Positions 26,667 to 34,448 of a stretch of DNA of 36,983 nucleotides are shown piece by piece (the first letter of the stretch is position 1; every line of letters begins with the position of its first letter). The notes beneath the pieces were generated by a model that made no database searches, had not been told where the DNA came from, and worked only from the letters and a program-made list of their open reading frames with translations. The stretch lies in IMG/VR virus record IMGVR_UViG_3300028920_001939; one strand, written 5' to 3'. Origin of the DNA: a virus (Duplodnaviria > Heunggongvirae > Uroviricota > Caudoviricetes). The position numbers were made by a program, and so were the translations under genes.

Positions 26667-26953
26667 TGATAATAATGGTAGATATAGATGGAGTTATCTG
26701 CAACAACACTTGGGGAGAATATAAGAAAGCGAAACCTTTTAAAGAAAACATAGAGAAAATCAATAAACTCTATGATGAAGGTAATAGAATAATCTTGTGG
26801 ACAACCCGTGGTGTTATAACAGGTATCGATTGGGAGAAACTAACTAAACAACAGATGAAAGAGTGGAATGTAAAGTATCACGAATTGAAACTTGATAAAC
26901 CTTATTATGATTTGTTTATTGATGATAGAACCAAAAGAATTGATGAAATATAA
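26666..26953 (+). CDS. Minimal capless HAD phosphatase (capsule-biosynthesis type)
   Basis: VDIDGVIC, WTTRG, KP...FIDDR. Confidence 0.85.
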   Translation: MIIMVDIDGVICNNTWGEYKKAKPFKENIEKINKLYDEGNRIILWTTRGVITGIDWEKLTKQQMKEWNVKYHELKLDKPYYDLFIDDRTKRIDEI

Positions 26954-27014
26954 ACATATGGATAATTACATAATGTTTAAATACGGTTTAATTGATTTCA
27001 AACTGTGATTCAAA

Positions 27015-28256
27015 ATGGGAGAAATATTAATTTCGGCAAAAGTATGGGAATTAAAAGATGGCATTATAACAAAGATATCAATAAATGATGTTATTTTTAA
27101 AATCGAAAGATTAGAAGAAAATATCATTAAGAAACCAGAACCAGTTGAGCAAGTTGAAACAAAAAGATGTATTCAATGTGGTGAAGTTAAACCTTTATCT
27201 GAATTTTATAGAAGAAAAGACTCAAAAGATGGTTTTAACAACAGATGTAAGAAATGTTTAGATGAATATCAGAAATTACATAAACAAGGTTTAATTCCAA
27301 AAAGAACTAAACCGAAAGCATCAGCTAATTACGGCGGAATATCAATACTACCTGAAGTTGCTGATAGAATCAGAGAAGCATTATCATCACGAAAGAATGC
27401 TAATCTTAGAAGTATAATAAAAGAATACTATCCAAATGTTTCAAGAAAATCTGTGAAAAAATATGAATGGGCTTACAAGAGATATCTTAAAGAAAGTGAA
27501 CCTGAAAAATTCGGTGATGTTATTGGGGATAAAGCAAATAGAAAAAAAGATTATACTGGTAAAATTCTTGGTTATGTAGGTCATACACCTATCATTGATA
27601 CTGTTTTAGAAGAATTCAAAGAAGCAGTATCGAAGAATAGAAGCGTAAAAAAAGTTATGAGAAATTTTTTTCCAACTTATAAAACAAGCACACATAGAAG
27701 TTTAGTAACAACATATAAAAGATGGGTAAGAGAACAAGAGGGTAAAGAATTAGATATTAAACCTAAAAAATCTGAAAGACACTTACCAGAAGATACTGTT
27801 GGTTACTGTGAAACATATCAAACATTGATAAAGAAAGATGAGTATGATGATGTGTTACGAGTTATCAATATAGTTGAATACGATTATCAACCTACTGCTG
27901 AAGCAATAAGAAACAGAAGCACAATACCTAAACACCGAGTTGCCGCAACTTTGAGATATCTACAAGATGAGAATATTGTTAAATACAGAATCAATGAATT
28001 CGGCAAACCTGTTTACTTTACAGTTAATAAAAAAGAAACTAATCCTGTTTTAGAAGTAATGGATTACGGCAATTTCACATTAGAAGAAATATCAAAAAGA
28101 GTTGGCTGGGATAACAAAAAAACAAGAGAAGCATTAGTAGATTTAAAAAATAAAAACAAGATAGAAATTGTATTTGATGATACAGGACATATCGTATATA
28201 AGAAAATTAAGAGAAATAGGATAATCAAAGAGGATCAAAAGAAAACAGGTGATTGA
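27015..28256 (+). CDS. Multidomain putative DNA-binding protein (Zn finger plus repeated helical/HTH domains)
   Basis: CIQC...CKKC; two similar ~50-aa helical units; two C-terminal wHTH-like units. Confidence 0.6.
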   Translation: MGEILISAKVWELKDGIITKISINDVIFKIERLEENIIKKPEPVEQVETKRCIQCGEVKPLSEFYRRKDSKDGFNNRCKKCLDEYQKLHKQGLIPKRTKPKASANYGGISILPEVADRIREALSSRKNANLRSIIKEYYPNVSRKSVKKYEWAYKRYLKESEPEKFGDVIGDKANRKKDYTGKILGYVGHTPIIDTVLEEFKEAVSKNRSVKKVMRNFFPTYKTSTHRSLVTTYKRWVREQEGKELDIKPKKSERHLPEDTVGYCETYQTLIKKDEYDDVLRVINIVEYDYQPTAEAIRNRSTIPKHRVAATLRYLQDENIVKYRINEFGKPVYFTVNKKETNPVLEVMDYGNFTLEEISKRVGWDNKKTREALVDLKNKNKIEIVFDDTGHIVYKKIKRNRIIKEDQKKTGD

Positions 28257-28694
28257 ATGAATAAGGAGAAAAGAAAAATATATAATGAAGGAACAGGATT
28301 TCTTATTGCTATACTTATATTAGGTATTGTAGCAACAGTATCAATAGGATTTGCTGTAATATTAGTTCCTCTTAACGTATTGACAATGACAGTTCCAAGT
28401 TTGATATATGCTGGTTTATTTATGAATAGAGTATCGGAGTTTTTTGAACAATATGAAATACCCAACAAAAGATATTGTTTGCATTGTAAACATTATGGTG
28501 GAAGGTTTGTCGAGTTTGTCGAAACAGAGAATAATGATAACTGTTACGCAAAGGAGAATGCAACAAGGATAGAATGGGATACTCATATCATGACTAAACA
28601 CAAATATAAATTTAAGAGGAAACCTAGTGAAATAAATAAGAGTAATGATTGTGAATGGTATGAAAGAATGCCATCTGGTGATTATGGTGATTGA
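28257..28694 (+). CDS. 2-TM membrane protein with Cys-rich C-terminal domain
   Basis: Two hydrophobic helices; CLHCKH...C...C. Confidence 0.65.
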   Translation: MNKEKRKIYNEGTGFLIAILILGIVATVSIGFAVILVPLNVLTMTVPSLIYAGLFMNRVSEFFEQYEIPNKRYCLHCKHYGGRFVEFVETENNDNCYAKENATRIEWDTHIMTKHKYKFKRKPSEINKSNDCEWYERMPSGDYGD

Positions 28695-29129
28695 ATGAAA
28701 GATAGAATGAAAGATAGAATTGGTTCATGTATTCTGATAATACTTTTACTTACTGCTTGTGTATTACTTTTTATAGCTGGTTCTTCTGCTGAACATCCAG
28801 AGGAAAAGGTAGAAACAATAAGTGGAATATTAGTAAGTTATAAAGTTCATAAATATATAGATTATGCAATTTTAGATAATGATGAAATGTATGCTACAAT
28901 ATATTTAAATGTTGATAATACAATATATGAACTTAAAGGTAAAAAAATATTATGTGAAATATATAATGATAAAATTTTTGGTACTTATGAATTAGAGGAG
29001 TTGCAACTTATACTTGACAATTCTATCAATAAATATATAGTGATACAGTATAGACAAAATGATGGTTTTTATTATAACTATCATGATGTAATATCTGTTT
29101 GTAGTTGTGAAGATTGGGAGATGATGTGA
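28695..29129 (+). CDS. Hypothetical secreted or membrane-anchored protein
   Basis: GGTGA SD; N-terminal hydrophobic signal. Confidence 0.65.
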   Translation: MKDRMKDRIGSCILIILLLTACVLLFIAGSSAEHPEEKVETISGILVSYKVHKYIDYAILDNDEMYATIYLNVDNTIYELKGKKILCEIYNDKIFGTYELEELQLILDNSINKYIVIQYRQNDGFYYNYHDVISVCSCEDWEMM

Positions 29130-29336
29130 ATGGAAATAGAATTATATGATTGGTTTAAGATATGGGTGTTCTTTATGGTTCCAGTTGTAGGGTTAGTTAC
29201 TCTTATACAGATAAGCAATCCAGACGCACTTAGAGAGAAATTTAAAAGTTGGATGTTCTTAATGGGTGTATTCAATGGGGTATTTCTTGTATCGTTTTTG
29301 TTTACGATTTTTTTGTTATGGTGGATTAATTGGTGA
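29130..29336 (+). CDS. Hypothetical 2-TM membrane protein
   Basis: Abuts previous stop; two hydrophobic segments. Confidence 0.65.
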   Translation: MEIELYDWFKIWVFFMVPVVGLVTLIQISNPDALREKFKSWMFLMGVFNGVFLVSFLFTIFLLWWINW

Positions 29337-29383
29337 TTAAATGAAGATAAAATATTTACCTGAAGCAGAAGTTTGGTATAGAG

Positions 29384-30280
29384 ATGTATTGTAATGGGTG
29401 TGGAAGTAGCAAAGTAAATAAGATACGAGATTATGTTAGATACAACATACCTATTAAAGTTTATCAATGTAGAGAATGTGGTTTACAGTTTCTCGGTGAA
29501 CACAAGAAGTTAGATTACAACAAGAGTTACAGAAAAAAGTATTCACCTATACTTGGCAAACCCTGTGATTCAGAGGAATTGTTTGATATCTATTCACGTT
29601 TTCAAGATTACAAGATTAAAGATTTAACAAAGCATATCAATATTAAAGACAAAACACTACTTGATGTTGGGTGCGCTTCTGGTTACTTTGTAGAAGCGAT
29701 AAAACCCTATGTAGCAGAATCATACGGTCTTGAGTTACGAAAGAAAGATGTTGATTTCGCAAAGAAGCGTGGATTAGATGTTAGAAGAAACCTATCTGAT
29801 TTTGATAGATATCAATTTGATGTTATAACTATGTTTCACACACTTGAGCATATGGAAGATCCTTTATCATTCTTATCATATCTAAAACCCTATATGCGTA
29901 AAGGATCAAAAATATATATAAGTGTGCCTAATCTTGATGATGTTATGTTATCAGTTTACGGGTTAGAAGAATACGCAGATTGGTGGTATGAAGAACCACA
30001 CTTGTATTACTTTAATTCCAAATCATTACTTACAATGCTGTTTATCGCTGGATATAAGGGAGATATACATACACAACAGCGTGTAAACTTTCTTAATCAT
30101 ATGCATTGGTTATACACCAGAAAACAACAAGAAAAAGAAGAAGAACGAATGTCTGCACCCTTTATTGCTAAAAATGAAAAACTAAATATGTTTATACAAG
30201 ATATTGATATGAAATACAAGAAACTACTTGAAGAAAACTATATCGCTGATAATCTTGTGTTTGTAGGTGAGAAGATATGA
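29384..30280 (+). CDS. Class I SAM-dependent methyltransferase with N-terminal Zn ribbon
   Basis: CNGC...CREC; LLDVGCASG; FDVITMFHTLEH; ISVPN; PHLYYF. Confidence 0.9.
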   Translation: MYCNGCGSSKVNKIRDYVRYNIPIKVYQCRECGLQFLGEHKKLDYNKSYRKKYSPILGKPCDSEELFDIYSRFQDYKIKDLTKHINIKDKTLLDVGCASGYFVEAIKPYVAESYGLELRKKDVDFAKKRGLDVRRNLSDFDRYQFDVITMFHTLEHMEDPLSFLSYLKPYMRKGSKIYISVPNLDDVMLSVYGLEEYADWWYEEPHLYYFNSKSLLTMLFIAGYKGDIHTQQRVNFLNHMHWLYTRKQQEKEEERMSAPFIAKNEKLNMFIQDIDMKYKKLLEENYIADNLVFVGEKI

Positions 30281-30594
30281 GAATGAAGAAGATGGGGATA
30301 AGATTCAGATTAGGTCAATTGAAAACCTGGGAAAACAGATTATCATCTTATGTAGCAATAATAAACTTTGCTATGATATTTTATCTGTATATATTAGAAA
30401 CACCTTTCGGTTTAGAATGGTATCAATGGCTCGCTCTTATATCTGTCGCTATAGTTCTAATCATATTCATAGATATCAAATTTGTATTTCCCGGCGTTTT
30501 AGATTATACATTCAAGAAAAATCCCGAATGGAAACGAATGATGCGCAACCAGAAAAAGATAATGGAGAAATTAGGATTGGAGTATGAGAAATAA
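30277..30594 (+). CDS. Hypothetical 2-TM membrane protein
   Basis: ATGA overlap; two TMs; followed by TAATG coupling. Confidence 0.7.
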   Translation: MRMKKMGIRFRLGQLKTWENRLSSYVAIINFAMIFYLYILETPFGLEWYQWLALISVAIVLIIFIDIKFVFPGVLDYTFKKNPEWKRMMRNQKKIMEKLGLEYEK

Positions 30595-30758
30595 TGGCGC
30601 ATAATAGTAGATGTGCAAACGCTAACCCAGATTCAAAATGCCGTTGTAGTTGTGGAGGAAAACTACATGGTATAAACTTTCACAAACCCGAAACACTTGT
30701 AACAGTTGATAAATACATAGATATGGATAATACCAAAAAGTTTATAAAGTCAAAATAG
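30594..30758 (+). CDS. Small Cys/His-rich protein (54 aa)
   Basis: Manual translation; CANANPDSKCRCSCGGKLHG metal-binding pattern. Confidence 0.65.
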   Translation: MAHNSRCANANPDSKCRCSCGGKLHGINFHKPETLVTVDKYIDMDNTKKFIKSK

Positions 30759-30780
30759 TTACTACCTATGGTGATATGGA

Positions 30781-31020
30781 ATGAAAATCCCGCAAAATGA
30801 AATAAAATCTTACGCAAATGCCGTGTCGAATGATATTTTTGGTAAGAATCTATCTAAACTGATTAAACCAGAATCAACAACTTTGAGATTATCACTAATT
30901 GTAAGATTGAATTGTGATGAGATAGATTTAACTACATATAGACAAGTTGATGATTACGTTAAGAATATACTCTTTCCAGATCCAAGAAAGCCAACAGTAG
31001 TAACTAAAAAGGTGGACTAA
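30781..31020 (+). CDS. Hypothetical protein
   Basis: ORF track; GGTGA SD. Confidence 0.6.
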   Translation: MKIPQNEIKSYANAVSNDIFGKNLSKLIKPESTTLRLSLIVRLNCDEIDLTTYRQVDDYVKNILFPDPRKPTVVTKKVD

Positions 31021-31023
31021 AAG

Positions 31024-31173
31024 ATGACAAGATTAACAAGTGTTTACGGATATTGGTATGATAAGAAAGAAAAACTTTTAGCTAAATATCCAATAGAGTT
31101 AATACAAAATCAGTTGTTTCTAATAAATAAATTTTTAGAGGATTTAGATTATATAAGAGAAAAGGAGGAATAA
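31024..31173 (+). CDS. Hypothetical microprotein (49 aa)
   Basis: Manual translation; AGGTGG SD; tight spacing. Confidence 0.5.
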   Translation: MTRLTSVYGYWYDKKEKLLAKYPIELIQNQLFLINKFLEDLDYIREKEE

Positions 31174-31174
31174 A

Positions 31175-31285
31175 ATGACACCTATATTTTATATCGGTCT
31201 CATTACTATAGTAGTTGCCTTTATTGCTGCAACTGTTATAAGAAAGATAATGAGATACAGATACAGAAAAGCAAAGGAGCAATAA
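31175..31285 (+). CDS. Single-TM microprotein (36 aa)
   Basis: GGAGG SD; hydrophobic N-half, basic tail. Confidence 0.55.
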   Translation: MTPIFYIGLITIVVAFIAATVIRKIMRYRYRKAKEQ

Positions 31286-31289
31286 TAGT

Positions 31290-31409
31290 ATGAAGAAAGT
31301 TTGGAAGTGTGGATGTATCTATGATAATGGCAAATGGGATTTCTGTGCGTGGCATGAAGAAATCATTTGTGATATTTTAGATGAAGATGAGGGGGAAAGT
31401 TCTTTATGA
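31290..31409 (+). CDS. Cys/His microprotein (39 aa)
   Basis: GGAG SD; CGC...CAWH motif; ATGA overlap downstream. Confidence 0.5.
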   Translation: MKKVWKCGCIYDNGKWDFCAWHEEIICDILDEDEGESSL

Positions 31410-31558
31410 AAGATATTGTTAGCCAAAGAAAAGAAACTATGAGCATAGATCTTGAGTTAGTTACAATAGAAGAAATGTTAAAGTTACTCAATCAATATCA
31501 AGGTTATGTTGATAGTGAAAGCAGGACGCTTGAGTTGTATGTAAAAAGGAGTAAATAA
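31406..31558 (+). CDS. Hypothetical microprotein (50 aa)
   Basis: ATGA overlap; manual translation. Confidence 0.5.
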   Translation: MKDIVSQRKETMSIDLELVTIEEMLKLLNQYQGYVDSESRTLELYVKRSK

Positions 31559-31630
31559 AATGAAAGAAGAAAATCTTGATTTAGTTAATAAAGAATATTA
31601 TTGGTTATGTTTCAATAAGAGGGATAATTG

Positions 31631-31789
31631 ATGAAAAGATACTGTGAAATATGTGGGAAGCTAAAAGAATCAACCGAAGAACACGGGAATGATTTTTACG
31701 TTATAACAGTATGTAAAGATTGTTTTAATAGAAAACACACGTTTGTCAATAAAAAGAATAAAACTTTAGATGAATGGGTTGATGATTAA
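31631..31789 (+). CDS. Zn-finger microprotein with PIP-like C-terminus (52 aa)
   Basis: CEIC...CKDC; ends NKTLDEWVDD; TGATG overlap. Confidence 0.6.
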   Translation: MKRYCEICGKLKESTEEHGNDFYVITVCKDCFNRKHTFVNKKNKTLDEWVDD

Positions 31790-31791
31790 AA

Positions 31792-31995
31792 ATGATAATC
31801 GCTGGATTAGTTGATATGGAAGAGATTGATGTGATAGATGAGATTATCAAAGTATCTTCAATCGGTTCTAGAATTAGAGATTTAAGTTCAGTTGAAGCGC
31901 AGAAAACGAAGATAGAGAATAAGTTGTTACAAGAACAAATAATAAATAATTTAATTGAGGAGTATCTGGATGATGTATGTTATCAAGAGGTGTAG
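31792..31995 (+). CDS. Hypothetical protein
   Basis: ORF track; fits packing. Confidence 0.55.
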   Translation: MIIAGLVDMEEIDVIDEIIKVSSIGSRIRDLSSVEAQKTKIENKLLQEQIINNLIEEYLDDVCYQEV

Positions 31996-32119
31996 AAAGT
32001 GTGGCACGCACATACACATACATAAACACAGCGGTTACTATACTATACGAAATGTTTGTGATCACGTGCCACGATTAGATAAAGCATTCAATAAAGATAT
32101 AAGAAGGTATTTGAGATGA
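31970..32119 (+). CDS. Cys/His-rich microprotein (49 aa)
   Basis: GAGGAG SD; CRKC...HIH...CDH. Confidence 0.5.
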   Translation: MMYVIKRCRKCGTHIHIHKHSGYYTIRNVCDHVPRLDKAFNKDIRRYLR

Positions 32120-32218
32120 ATAAGATTATCATTGAACCGTTTATAGATTTCGATTTAGAAGATGATGCAGAAATGATTGATAAAGTTAAAGAAAAAGGTA
32201 ATAAAGAAATATGGTGAT

Positions 32219-32350
32219 ATGAAAATGGATAAAGATGTTGAATATACATTCAAAGAAGAAATGCGTAATGCACTATTGTTTGTTTTTTTAATGGGATTAC
32301 CATTTTTATTAATCATTGTTTTTAAATGGTTTTTCCTTGTAGTTGGGTGA
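32219..32350 (+). CDS. Single-TM microprotein (43 aa)
   Basis: GGTGA upstream; hydrophobic C-half. Confidence 0.45.
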   Translation: MKMDKDVEYTFKEEMRNALLFVFLMGLPFLLIIVFKWFFLVVG

Positions 32351-32351
32351 T

Positions 32352-32546
32352 ATGATGATGAGACAATGTCCGTTATGTAATGAATTATTATTTGATAATG
32401 ATTGGATAGACCATTTTAGATTAAGTAAAGAACCTAAACATAAAGAGATTTGGAATGATGTTATTACATTTGAAATTATGATTGATGATGTTACTGATTT
32501 AGAATTAATTAAGGTATTGAGAGAGAAATACCTTGTAAAAAGGTGA
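32352..32546 (+). CDS. C2H2-like Zn-finger protein
   Basis: CPLC...HF...H; GGTGA SD. Confidence 0.65.
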   Translation: MMMRQCPLCNELLFDNDWIDHFRLSKEPKHKEIWNDVITFEIMIDDVTDLELIKVLREKYLVKR

Positions 32547-32551
32547 TAAAA

Positions 32552-32674
32552 ATGAATTGCCCCAAATGTGGAAGCGATAGATACTATATGCAACGTAAGT
32601 TTACAAACATATGGTATCAATGTCCCGTTTGTGGTTATGATAGTAGGAATGAAACTGTTGATGTGGAGGAATAA
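32552..32674 (+). CDS. Zn-ribbon microprotein (40 aa)
   Basis: AGGTGA SD; CPKCGS...CPVCGY. Confidence 0.7.
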   Translation: MNCPKCGSDRYYMQRKFTNIWYQCPVCGYDSRNETVDVEE

Positions 32675-32693
32675 ATATGAAACATTGTAGTTG

Positions 32694-32838
32694 TAAATTA
32701 GAATGTAAGGTAAAACAGAAGGGATAAAATGGAAAAATGGAAGAGAAATAGAATATTATTTTTGATATTTTGTTTTATTATAGGTGCTTTAATTTCAAAT
32801 ATAGATAGGATAATATAAATTAGAATGTAAGGTAAAAC
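32694..32838 (+). repeat. Exact 23-bp direct repeat TAAATTAGAATGTAAGGTAAAAC (32694-32716, 32816-32838); near-copy at 33356-33376
   Basis: Read directly; third copy has one extra A. Confidence 0.9.
32729..32818 (+). CDS. Single-TM microprotein (29 aa) between the direct repeats
   Basis: Manual translation MEKWKRNRILFLIFCFIIGALISNIDRII. Confidence 0.45.
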   Translation: MEKWKRNRILFLIFCFIIGALISNIDRII

Positions 32839-32860
32839 TTTAAGGTTGTTAATATACCGC

Positions 32861-32876
32861 TAAGTATATATACTTA
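32861..32876. promoter_or_regulatory. Perfect 16-bp palindrome TAAGTATATATACTTA containing a TATA-like core
   Basis: Self-complementary; about 33 nt upstream of ATG 32909. Confidence 0.5.
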
Positions 32877-32908
32877 TGAGTGTATATAGTATATTGGTGA
32901 TAAAAAAA

Positions 32909-33007
32909 ATGAAAACATGTGAAATGTGTGGATTTAAAGAAAGAGATGTTAAACGAGTTAGAAAATTTGGACATCTTTGGTGGCTTTGTAAATCGTGTAG
33001 GGATTAA
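32909..33007 (+). CDS. Zn-finger microprotein (32 aa)
   Basis: GGTGA SD; CEMC...CKSC. Confidence 0.6.
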   Translation: MKTCEMCGFKERDVKRVRKFGHLWWLCKSCRD

Positions 33008-33009
33008 AT

Positions 33010-33138
33010 ATGAATCTATTGTGTAATCGTTGCAATCATAGTTGGTATAGTCGTACACCTAATAAACCGAAAGTTTGTCCTAGGTGTAAATCTCCTTATT
33101 GGAATAAGAAAAGAGTTCGTAAGGTAGGAATACAATGA
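33010..33138 (+). CDS. Zn-ribbon microprotein (42 aa)
   Basis: CNRCNHSW...PKVCPRCKSPYW. Confidence 0.7.
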   Translation: MNLLCNRCNHSWYSRTPNKPKVCPRCKSPYWNKKRVRKVGIQ

Positions 33139-33281
33139 AAAATGATATAGTGTTTAATGCTGTTGAAAGTCATCCTAAATCTTTTACAATGTATGTTGGT
33201 TTATTTCATCCAATTCTTTTTAGATTTTTACATTGGAGATTTGAAAAGTTAAATAAAAAAACAGAAAAAAGAATAAGGTAA
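33135..33281 (+). CDS. Hypothetical microprotein (48 aa)
   Basis: ATGA overlap; manual translation. Confidence 0.5.
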   Translation: MKNDIVFNAVESHPKSFTMYVGLFHPILFRFLHWRFEKLNKKTEKRIR

Positions 33282-33288
33282 AAGTGAA

Positions 33289-33356
33289 AGGTGGATAGAT
33301 GAAAAGGTGGAAGGTTAAAAATCCATGCACCCTCCTATCTTTTCATCCCACAAACT
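33289..33356 (+). ncRNA. BHB-flanked structured RNA unit 4
   Basis: AG/CT outer pairs; GTGG/CCAC central helix (33291-33294/33348-33351); bulges ATA (33295-33297) and AAA (33352-33354); 9-bp inner GATGAAAAG/CTTTTCATC extended by GTGGAAGG/CCTCCTAT with wobbles. Confidence 0.72.
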
Positions 33357-33407
33357 AAATTAAGAATGTAAGGTAATATATAAAGGAAAAAGGAGGTGAA
33401 AAAGAAA

Positions 33408-33575
33408 ATGACAATATATGATCCAAAAAAAGAAAAGATAGTTTATGAAGGTTCTTTAAGTCGTATGCCTAATAAAACTAAGGCATACTATACCAAAAAA
33501 GGATATAAGTTGAAATGTCGTGAGGTTAAACCTCGTTTTGGTAAAAAGGATTCTGTTGTAGTTATTAATAAGTAA
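33408..33575 (+). CDS. Basic hypothetical microprotein (55 aa)
   Basis: GGAGGTGA SD; manual translation. Confidence 0.6.
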   Translation: MTIYDPKKEKIVYEGSLSRMPNKTKAYYTKKGYKLKCREVKPRFGKKDSVVVINK

Positions 33576-33586
33576 GGTAAAATAGC

Positions 33587-33913
33587 ATGGAAAAAAAAGA
33601 AGTTGTAAAGTCAAAATGTGTTTCTTGTGGTAAGCCAACTCCTATGTGTATACCAATTACAGTATGCAGAAGTTGTAGAGGTAAAATTGAGAGATTTTTA
33701 AAGGCACAAGAAAATTATGAAAATACTCTCATGCTTTCAAGAGATGTTAAAAAGATTTCTGCTTTTGATAGTGGTAATGAAGATATTGATTATGCTCTTG
33801 ATATTATTGGTGATCAGGTTTTCACTATTGAAAAACAGTTGGAATGGATTAAAAATAATTTGGTTAATATTCAACAGATAACAAAATCTAAGGTAGGAGT
33901 TCAAGAGAAATGA
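33587..33913 (+). CDS. Zn-finger plus coiled-coil protein
   Basis: CVSC...CRSC; helical C-terminus. Confidence 0.7.
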   Translation: MEKKEVVKSKCVSCGKPTPMCIPITVCRSCRGKIERFLKAQENYENTLMLSRDVKKISAFDSGNEDIDYALDIIGDQVFTIEKQLEWIKNNLVNIQQITKSKVGVQEK

Positions 33914-34098
33914 CTTTGAAATATCAAGGTGGTTTAAAGACTTGTGAAAGATGTGGGCGATTAATGAAAAATAGAATTAATATAGGGGTTTACTGTGAAA
34001 ATTGTTTGAAAGAAAAGAGATTAGCTAAAAAAAGATTTATGGAAAGATTGAAGATTAGCAATCAAGAGGAGTCTGTATATAAGTTGGAACTAAGGTAA
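33910..34098 (+). CDS. Zn-finger protein
   Basis: CERC...CENC; ATGA overlap. Confidence 0.65.
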   Translation: MTLKYQGGLKTCERCGRLMKNRINIGVYCENCLKEKRLAKKRFMERLKISNQEESVYKLELR

Positions 34099-34209
34099 AA
34101 TTACAAGGTAAATAGATATGAAACCTGTAAGATATGATAGGTGGTCTATACCGAGAATATGTATAATATGAAATCAAAAACATTTAGGTTTGAATGAAAA
34201 TTAAAGGTA

Positions 34210-34341
34210 ATGATGATGAAAAGAATATTGTATTGGATTTCGTGTTACATATCACTTGCTTGGTCTATATCTTTGATACTGTTCGGATTATTTTTTAGTT
34301 TATTTGGAATTAAATTTAAAAAAAGAGGAGAGAAAATATGA
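34210..34341 (+). CDS. Single-TM microprotein (43 aa)
   Basis: Manual translation; ATGA overlap with next ORF. Confidence 0.5.
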   Translation: MMMKRILYWISCYISLAWSISLILFGLFFSLFGIKFKKRGEKI

Positions 34342-34439
34342 TAGAGGGATTTTTGTTTGGTTTCTTTATGGGTATGATAGCGATGATTATAATTGATATC
34401 TATAATCATTATCGTAAAGCATTCAAACAAGATAAATGA
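34338..34439 (+). CDS. Single-TM microprotein (33 aa)
   Basis: GAGGAG SD; hydrophobic N-half. Confidence 0.5.
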   Translation: MIEGFLFGFFMGMIAMIIIDIYNHYRKAFKQDK

Positions 34440-34448
34440 GTTGATGAT

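Noticed and set aside
30267-30587. 106-aa ORF overlapping 30277..30594
   Set aside because: The 30277 frame has the ATGA/TAATG coupling and clean 2-TM pattern; this frame looks like a shadow
32694-33376. CRISPR array
   Set aside because: Only 2 exact plus 1 inexact repeats, spacing 122 and 540 bp, spacers contain genes; no cas genes
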